Shown here: one piece after another, positions 56,449 through 64,000 of the stretch
Numbering within the stretch: the first letter of the stretch is position 1
Layout: each line of letters starts with the position of its first letter
Assembly: GCA_964035575.1 (NCBI GenBank)
Contig: OZ037845.1
Span: forward strand, 1,612,001 to 1,676,000
Length of the DNA: 64,000 bases
From: Rhynchopus sp. YZ270_cl-10
Taxonomy: Eukaryota
Direction: 5' to 3'
Notes under the pieces: generated by a model
What the model was told of the DNA's origin: nothing
The model's database searches: none
The model's input: only the letters and a program-made list of their open reading frames with translations
Translations under genes and position numbers: made by a program

Positions 56449-58028
56449 ATGTCCGATGAAAAGGGTCAGAAGACAAACACGCAGGCATTCATGTCTGCGC
56501 TGGCGCAGTTCTGCTTCTCGTCTGTGGGGATGATGATAGGGAACAAAATGGCCATGGACTACCTGCGCGACCCTGTGACGGAGAAGGCACTCCCCAGTAC
56601 CCTTGTTGTGATCCAAGTGCTCGGCACGCTGTTGCTCCTCTTCGTCTTCCGTGAAAAGATCGACCACGACAAACTCACCAAAGAAACGGCCGTCTCCTGG
56701 GCACCCATAGTGACGCTCTTCGCAGGCATGGTGTACACATCGGCAAAGACCTTCCAGTACGTCCACGTCTCGTTTGTGATCATTGTGCGGAATGTTGGTG
56801 CAATTATCACAACATGTATGTCATCTGGATGATATAAAAACCACAACACATCAAAACAGTTGTCGAGTACTTCGTGCGGCACACTACCGTGAACGTCCAA
56901 ATCCTTGCCTCGGAACTCATTATTGGTATGTAACAGAAATGTTGCGGGGATACTTCAAGTTTCCCTGGCTCCCTTTTGCATTTTTTTTTTCTACAGTTCT
57001 CGGAACGGTGCTGTACAGCCACGGTGGTGTGACGTACTTCAAGGACTTCTGGCCAGGGATGTTCTGGTGTCTCGTGAACGTTGTCTGCCAGACGCTTTAC
57101 GGTGTGACCTTGAAGTGGAAGATGGACAACGACGAGAACATCAAGGACATGTCGAAGTATGTGTCCCTCCTCTCCTCCTCTCCCCCTCTTCCCTCACCTC
57201 GGGGTCTTCACTCCCGCAACATTCCCCTTCACCCACCCTCAGGTACACAATGTCGCTGTACAACAACGCACTGTGCCTGCCGTACCTGGTGGTGGTCGCA
57301 GTGTTGTCGGGCGAGCCGCAGCAGTACGAGAAGATGCTGCCGCACGTACCGACCACGGGGTGGGTTGTGATTGCAGCGACGTGCGTGATCGGGTTCATGA
57401 TCAGCACTGCTGGGTTTGGCCTGCAGCGTCTTGTCTCTGCCACGACGTTCCTCGTCATCAACAACATGACCAAGGTGCTGAACATCATCCTCGGTGTCGT
57501 CTTCCTCCACGACAAGCTCCCAGGCAAGATGAGCGTCATTGGGTGCGCCATCAGCCTGGGGGGTGGCTTCTGGTACTCCTTTGAGATGATGCGGGTATGT
57601 CTCTCCTATCTTCTCCTCTATCTCTTTGCATTCTTTTCTGGTCTGGTAATTTTTGTGATGTCGCATTTCCTCATATGGGTCACTCACACTAGGTCATGCC
57701 ACTGCGGCATCTGGGTATACCTTTCTGGTGTTTTCTACTTTCATCTGCCTGCATCAACAAAACTACAATTTTCTTTAACTAAGGTGACTAAGCACGAGAG
57801 GCTTAGGATCATCTTATAAACTTTTCTTTCTTTTTAGGATGTCTCACAAAATGCTTACATTCATCCACTATTATTCATCACAAACTTTCATATCAAAACA
57901 AACAGCTGAGAGACAAGAAGAAGGAGGAAGTGCCCAGCCCCACCTCCATCCGCACCCACTCCGACTCCCGAAACGACGAGCTCAACGTTAGAGTTTCTTC
58001 TAGCCGTACCCTAACCGAAGACAAATAG
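56449..58028 (+). CDS. Nucleotide-sugar transporter (GDP-mannose transporter, LPG2/VRG4/GONST-like), 5 exons
   Basis: Multi-TM protein with SVGMMIGNK, MSLYNN and SATTFLVINNMTK. Exons 56449-56815, 56860-56925, 56997-57156, 57243-57594 and 57906-58028. Substrate is inferred. Confidence 0.85.
57780..57830 (+). repeat. Dispersed hairpin element, intronic copy
   Basis: Identical to the 55511 copy. Lies in the last intron of the transporter gene. Confidence 0.9.
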
Positions 58029-59523
58029 ACAGCCATCACATGGCACCCCCCCCTCCTGTCTTCTTCTGTTTCTCCCCACGAAAAACAACACAACAAAAAA
58101 AAATATAGTGAGCTTCATCCTCTGGGTGTCTACACTAATTATACAAACCGAGTTTTCAAAAAAAAAATATGTATGGGTGGTCAACAGCACGACTGTGATC
58201 ACGAAGGGTTTTCTTGTTCAAGGATAACGCCTGTTTGGCGATGGTTTGGAGGTGAAGAGTCAGCGGGGTGATGTCACCAAAGCCGTCCTATGACCAAAAC
58301 CTACAGGGAAGAGGGAGGGGGGGGTCAGGGCGAGGGTGGGGGGGGAAAGTCAGGGAATGGTATGGGGTTTATTGGTCTTTCAATAAATATTAAGAAAAGG
58401 CGTCATAATTGCCTTGTAAGAAACAACGGCAGGGTCTTTTTTCTGTTTGTGTTAATTGTTCTTTTTACACCGTTTTCAAAAAAAAAAAAAATGTGCTTTT
58501 TTTTAGGCAAACAATTTCTACTCCACTGATCTAATCGAGTAAAAATATGGTGGACTCAACGGAGGTCAGGTCCAGCGGGCAAAATGAAGAAATCAGCAAA
58601 ATGGTGCCTTTGTGAGGGATTTAAATGCAAAAGGGGACTATTTTTTGGAGGGGTCACAACTGGGGACGTGATTGTGACGTGAAATTTGTTGTCAAAAAAA
58701 GGGGACTAAATTTGGGTAGGTTTTGTGGTTTGCAGGTTCAGAATTTTGCCTAACTCGCACAATTTTTTTTTTGGAAACGGTGTTGATTCTTTTTAGGAGG
58801 GCTTCGATATGGTCTACCGCGTACTTTTTTTCCGGTGACTAAGTACAGAGAGGCTTAGATTCATCTTACAAAAAAATCTCTCTTTTTTCTTCTTTTTTTT
58901 CTCTAAAAACCCCTGGGAAAATGGTCAAATCAGGCCATTTCCTGTGAGGGGTTTATGTATGGTTTTGCTTTTTTCCTCTTTTCTTCTGCAATTTTCTTCG
59001 AATAGGGGGGTTGTTTGGGGCAAGAACTCCTTGAAAAGCATATTTTTCATTGAATTTCTTCGTTTTTTTCTCCATTTTTTCCCCCTCTTTCATTTTTCAC
59101 ATTTTGCAACGGAAATGATATTGGATGTATCGTGGTATAGTGCGTCCTTTTGTACTTTCGAAGAAAGTTGGGAACATTTTTTGATCCCTATACCTATACC
59201 TTACCTGTGTTATCAATTTATTGAGTGCATATGTGGTGTTCCTGAAACCCCTTGTAAAAGACATGTCAATATAGGCCCCCTCCAGAACACCAATACATAG
59301 AAATACTTTCTGTTCTTTGATGGTAAAGTACACGCAACGAATTCATTCATTCTTTTTTTGTTCTCGAAGAACACTTCGCCTGCATAAGGCTTTCGTGTGG
59401 ACGAGACTGTTGCCCAAACAAGAAAGCCTCTCTCCCACAGCAACACACTTTTAAGATGTTAAACTGACAGACTTGTAGAGAAAATTGGCACGATTTAACG
59501 TTACTAGTAAAAAGTAACAAAAT

Positions 59524-59991
59524 TGGTGCTTCCCGGGGGGTGTGCATTTCACAAATTTTCACAAAATGTGACAAGTTTTCACAAATTTTCACAACACGAA
59601 AACCGCTACAAAATTGTGAAGGCTGGTGAAAAATTGTGAAAAAATGTGAAAAGTTGTGAATAGTTGTGAAAAGTTGTGAATTGATTTTTTTTTTTTGTGT
59701 GCTTTTTTTTTGGGCGGGGTGGTGACCCACCCATTGAGGGGTACGCTGGGATTCACAAGATAGAACGTGATGTGGTGTACCTGTGTACCTGTGTACTGTG
59801 TGATGTGCGGAAATGACGAGAACTTGTCCATTTCGGCAAATTGACCCCACCACTGGCCGTACGGATTCCGGAAATGCAAATGCCGGCGTTTAAGAGCTTC
59901 ACCAACGAGAGAAAAAAGGGTAGTGAAAAGTTGTGAAAAGTTGTGAATTGAATTGAAAATTTGTGAAATGCATACCCCCCGGGAAGCACCA
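59524..59991. mobile_element. MITE, probable 5-bp TSD aaaat
   Basis: ~37-bp TIRs tggtgcttcccggggggtgtgcatttcacaaattttca / tgaaaatttgtgaaatgcataccccccgggaagcacca, with internal ttgtgaa repeats. Confidence 0.8.
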
Positions 59992-61494
59992 AAAATTAAA
60001 ATGAAAAAAATGCAAAAAATGCAAACATTGTGTCAGATGATGAGACATAACCAATCTGACCAGATCAAAATTACCCCTTTCGAGATGAGCAAATGAAACA
60101 CAAAATATTGACAGTGGAGATTGCACGACTGTGGCAACACAACCGAGGCAACTACACTACTCCAACAATTTATCAAATAAAAGCGAAGACTGCAACAGAT
60201 GCGCCAATACGAATCTTAGGGATTTTGACACCATTTTTTTTTTGTCATTCCTAACACGTTTGCATATCACACAGCAAACAACCCCGTGTGCAGGCTTATG
60301 TTATCAAACCACTATGTCTCAGCACTATGCGTGTAGAAGCGCAGATCGCTCTCTCAGAAAATATCCCCCCCTTTTTTCAGTGCTTGCACATTCCAACTTT
60401 TCACTTTACGTTAAAAAGACTGATCACAGCGTAGCTTCGAGTTTCACCAGTCTTTATCAGGTGACTAAGCATGTTGCCGTGCTTAGATTCCAAGGTTTCT
60501 TCTAATGAAGTACAGTTTGGATTGTGTTTTTATTGTGCCGTTTTTGCTCCTGTACGTCACGTTCTATTTGTTGTGACATTCGACAAATAAAATGGGGCAC
60601 CCCTTTTAAAAAAAAAAACAAAATATTGTTCAAAGACGGCACGTTGTTGATGTTAGCTCCTGGAGATAAGCTCTTCTTAAAGGAAAAGACGTCTTCGTGC
60701 ATGTGTCTGTCAAAAAAGAAAAAAAAATGCATGAGGATACTGGACTGCATCATTGCAACCGGTTTTCAAGAAAAAAACAAACAAACAACAACAACAACAA
60801 CAAAATCAATACTGCTGTTCTACTGTTGAAAACGCTTGAATCGGCTTTTCTTATCAGTAGATGTGTGCGGTATGCAACAAAAACAACAAAACGACAAAAA
60901 ACAAAAGCAAAGAAAAACAGGGGGAAGGAGTTTCCCCACATGGAATGTTTTATTTTTTTTTTAATTTTTTTTTTAATAAAAAAGCCCCTAAAAAACACCC
61001 CAGTCCATTTGCTGTCACTAACCAAAAAGGGTAACAACAACAAAGGTTTGGCCCTTTTCTCCCCCATTAAATTTTATATTCGTCTTTTTTTAACTCAAAA
61101 AAAACGCCCAAAAAAAAAGTAGAACGAAACATAACAACAGCTAAAACGCGAAGAAACCATACAAGCACCGTTTCCCTCCAAATTTAGAAATCTTTACGCA
61201 ACAACAAAAAAGCCCCCTCCTCCCTACTCCCTACTCCCTACTCCCCACTTTGAAATCCCCCCTTCCCCATCTACCATAAGCCCAAACCCGTCGGGGAGTC
61301 CTTGATACCTCATGACTGTGCACGAGCAACCTTTTGTTCATCATAGTGTTGACACCCGAGGGACGAACACCACCCTTTATTGCTGTACTTTCGTGTCCGA
61401 TGCCTGCTATGACTACCATTTTTCATCATCCCTGACAACAAACTTGTGGAAGCCAGCGCAGCGTGATGCTGATGTTGTGCGATAACGAATATGA

Positions 61495-61545
61495 TAAGGT
61501 GACTAAGCACAAGAGGCTTAGGGTCATCTTATAAACTTTTCTTTC
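61495..61545 (+). repeat. Dispersed hairpin element
   Basis: taaggtgactaagcacaagaggcttagggtcatcttataaacttttctttc. Confidence 0.88.
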
Positions 61546-61653
61546 TTTTTTCTTCTCCACACACAAAACCTCTACCCCACATCCACAGAAGCTACCTCCC
61601 TATCTCGGATCAAATTCCGCTGTGTGCTGTTCACATTTTTTTTTTCAAACCCC

Positions 61654-63423
61654 ATGGCAGCCAACGTGGCTAAGATATGTCGATCCGCTTTGGCAGAGAG
61701 TAGACGGCATCCTGAGCGCAGTGCAGCCTGTTTGGGACGTGTAGAGGAGGTGCTATGCCGTGCAGAGGAGGCGTGTGTGGACTACAGATTCCTCTCTGTG
61801 GCGGATGTGGCTGGGTGTCTGGATGCGTTTGCCGCACTGCGTGTGGACCCGAATGGGGTGTATGCAGACGCACCACAGCAGCTGCTGCAGCAGGCAGGTG
61901 CACAGTCAAGGCAGCTCTCCCTGCGCGACCTCTCCCCCATCCTAAATGCAATAGCCACAGACACCCCCGCCCGCCACACCCGCATCCTCTCCCGCGCTGC
62001 ACACCTCCTCTCCACAACACCCCTCCACACACACAACATCCCCCTCGCCATTGAAGTCGTCTCCAAACTAACCCGTCTCCGCCAGCCCATACCACCGCAG
62101 CTCTGGCCGCCTCTGTGCGCATTCCTCTCTGCCAACGGGCACGGCCCTATCACAGTGAAAGCACTTCGCGCAGCGTATGAGGCCAACTCCGATGCAGTCG
62201 TGCCTCTCATCTCCTTATGTGGGCACCGTGATCTGAGTGACGTTGTGACCGGGTCGTTGGTTTGGCTGCTGGGTGCCTTATGCAAGATGGTGCACCCTAC
62301 AGCGGCCGTGCTGCGACAGCGTGTCTCGGAAGTGTTGCTGCAGAGGGTTGCGAATGTGGGAAGAGAGGTGCCTGCGCACAAGGCCATGTCGTGGGAGCAG
62401 CTGCTTGGGGTGATGGGCATACGGCATGCAGGTGAGGGGTCGCTGCATCGTGCGGCTGAGCCGGTGTGTCTGCGGCTTATAAAGGCTGCGGAAGTGGGCG
62501 AGGCTGTGCGGTGTTTGTACACACTCTCGCGGTCGAGGTTGGGGGAGAGACTGGCCGTTGCGGTGCAGAGGAAAGTGTTCGCCACTGCAGGGACGCTGCC
62601 CGCACAGCAGACGTACGAACTGCTGCGTGGGCTGCGTCTTGCGCATGTTGTGCACGCAGATAACGTACGTCTCTTCGCACGGCTTCACCGCAGCTGCTGT
62701 ACTGCTCTCAGTTCGCCCGTCACCACGCCCACCCTTATCGTAGGCATCGCAGACGAAGCGAGTCTGCTCCCGGACAGTGCAGCTGCACTCCGCCACATCG
62801 CAACCGCCGCTGTTGCACGGATGGACCTCTCACAGCTCTACACCCTCATGCGGTGCTATGTCAGGGCGCAGATGCGCAGCCCGCAGGACTCAGTCGCATG
62901 CCTCGAAGCCATCAAACTGCAAAAGACCGCTCCCAGCAGTGTCGCAGACCTGAGCGGCATTGTGATGTGCATGCGGCAGCTCAACATCGTTGAGGAGGGG
63001 CGGTGTGGGAAGGCAGGCACGGCAGTGGTCAACAGACTTGCTTTGGAGGCGCGTTTGGCAGACAAGATGGACCCCCAGGTGTACGTCCGAATGTTGAAGC
63101 TGGCGGTCTTTGTGCGCAGAAGCTGTAATTTGAAGGGACTGCTGAGGTCCCTACCGGAGCACGCGAAGATGATGGGGCCACAGCAGATCTGCTCCTGTGT
63201 TGACACCCTTGCTAACGACCCTCTGGGTGGGCTTGCTGAGGGGCAGCTGGACCACCGCTGCCATGTGGAGCAGCTCATGGACACACTCGTCACGCAGCTT
63301 GAGACGCCTCTGCCTGCAGAGGTGCACAGCAGACTCCTGCAGAACCTGGCCCGTCCAAGCCTTGCAGGCGTCGCGTACGATGCCTACAGTGGTTATGTGG
63401 CTGCTACTGCGAGGGCAGCGTAG
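61654..63423 (+). CDS. Hypothetical Leu/Ala-rich, probably alpha-helical protein (589 aa)
   Basis: Long intronless ORF from ATG 61654. Its composition suggests helical repeats, but no family is recognised. Confidence 0.75.
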   Translation: MAANVAKICRSALAESRRHPERSAACLGRVEEVLCRAEEACVDYRFLSVADVAGCLDAFAALRVDPNGVYADAPQQLLQQAGAQSRQLSLRDLSPILNAIATDTPARHTRILSRAAHLLSTTPLHTHNIPLAIEVVSKLTRLRQPIPPQLWPPLCAFLSANGHGPITVKALRAAYEANSDAVVPLISLCGHRDLSDVVTGSLVWLLGALCKMVHPTAAVLRQRVSEVLLQRVANVGREVPAHKAMSWEQLLGVMGIRHAGEGSLHRAAEPVCLRLIKAAEVGEAVRCLYTLSRSRLGERLAVAVQRKVFATAGTLPAQQTYELLRGLRLAHVVHADNVRLFARLHRSCCTALSSPVTTPTLIVGIADEASLLPDSAAALRHIATAAVARMDLSQLYTLMRCYVRAQMRSPQDSVACLEAIKLQKTAPSSVADLSGIVMCMRQLNIVEEGRCGKAGTAVVNRLALEARLADKMDPQVYVRMLKLAVFVRRSCNLKGLLRSLPEHAKMMGPQQICSCVDTLANDPLGGLAEGQLDHRCHVEQLMDTLVTQLETPLPAEVHSRLLQNLARPSLAGVAYDAYSGYVAATARAA

Positions 63424-63523
63424 GATGGTGGTGCTGGTAGTTCATTTTTGCCCCTCCCCCATCCCACAAATGACCTACATGTTCCCAACAGGAGTGCCGT
63501 ACACAAATAATGCACTCATAACC

Positions 63524-64000
63524 ATGAGCAAGGCTAAGATACAGGCCGTGGCAAGCATCGCCTTGTCGAAGAGGGGCTCCAACGTGAACGATGCCCCAGA
63601 GCTGTCAGGGGAGGGGCGCTACCATGAGCTTACGCGGCAGCTGCAGAACCTTGTGATAGACAAGGCCGCGAAGAAGTCGCTGCCGCTGCTGGAGGAGCTG
63701 GTGGTGCTGGACAAGCATGCAAGCCCGCAGCTGATGCCGGTGCTGAAGGACATCATGCGGTGTGAGAAGGCGGGCGTGCATGAGTTCCTTCCTGTCCTGA
63801 TGTGGCGAGCGTTTTCCACACAGCGCGACGCCTTTGTGGAGGGGCGCTCCTTCGAGGCTGCGGTCAAGGCGGCAACGGAGTTTTGCTGCGACGTCGACAC
63901 GCCCGACGCACGCCGTACAGGGTTCCTCTGCGTGCTCATGCACTGCATCATGCAGCAGACATCGGAGCTGCCACTCCTCCTTGACATCCCCAACGCCTTC
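63524..64000 (+). CDS. Hypothetical protein, 3'-partial
   Basis: MSKAKIQAVASIALSKRGS... stays open to the window end with host-like codons, preceded by a cccaacag acceptor-like site. Confidence 0.75.
   Translation, partial: MSKAKIQAVASIALSKRGSNVNDAPELSGEGRYHELTRQLQNLVIDKAAKKSLPLLEELVVLDKHASPQLMPVLKDIMRCEKAGVHEFLPVLMWRAFSTQRDAFVEGRSFEAAVKAATEFCCDVDTPDARRTGFLCVLMHCIMQQTSELPLLLDIPNAF

Overview
Eukaryotic genomic DNA. Every supported gene is on the + strand, with short GT(ATG)-AG introns and C/A-rich AG acceptors just upstream of most start codons. This suggests a polycistronic, trans-splicing euglenozoan such as a diplonemid (inference only). 1-20.2 kb: three tandem CAP/SCP-domain, mucin-stalk, type I membrane protein genes, separated by nested non-autonomous DNA transposons (piggyBac-, hAT- and Tc1/mariner-like). 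25.6-28.8 kb: a compact element bounded by 18-bp direct repeats, encoding a single intact DIRS/VIPER/TATE-type RT-RNase H (no gag or tyrosine recombinase seen), followed by five ~95-nt three-hairpin units. 29-42 kb: gene-poor and rich in MITEs and short dispersed repeats. 42-64 kb: a secreted Cys-rich repeat protein, beta-adaptin, a TPR-SET protein, a GDP-mannose-type nucleotide-sugar transporter and three hypothetical genes. A ~45-nt covarying hairpin occurs at least 15 times, seen only in the sense orientation. It is present at one of three paralogous sites and shares its 3' end with the RT-linked array units. The RT, array and hairpin together are the best candidate for an undescribed system.
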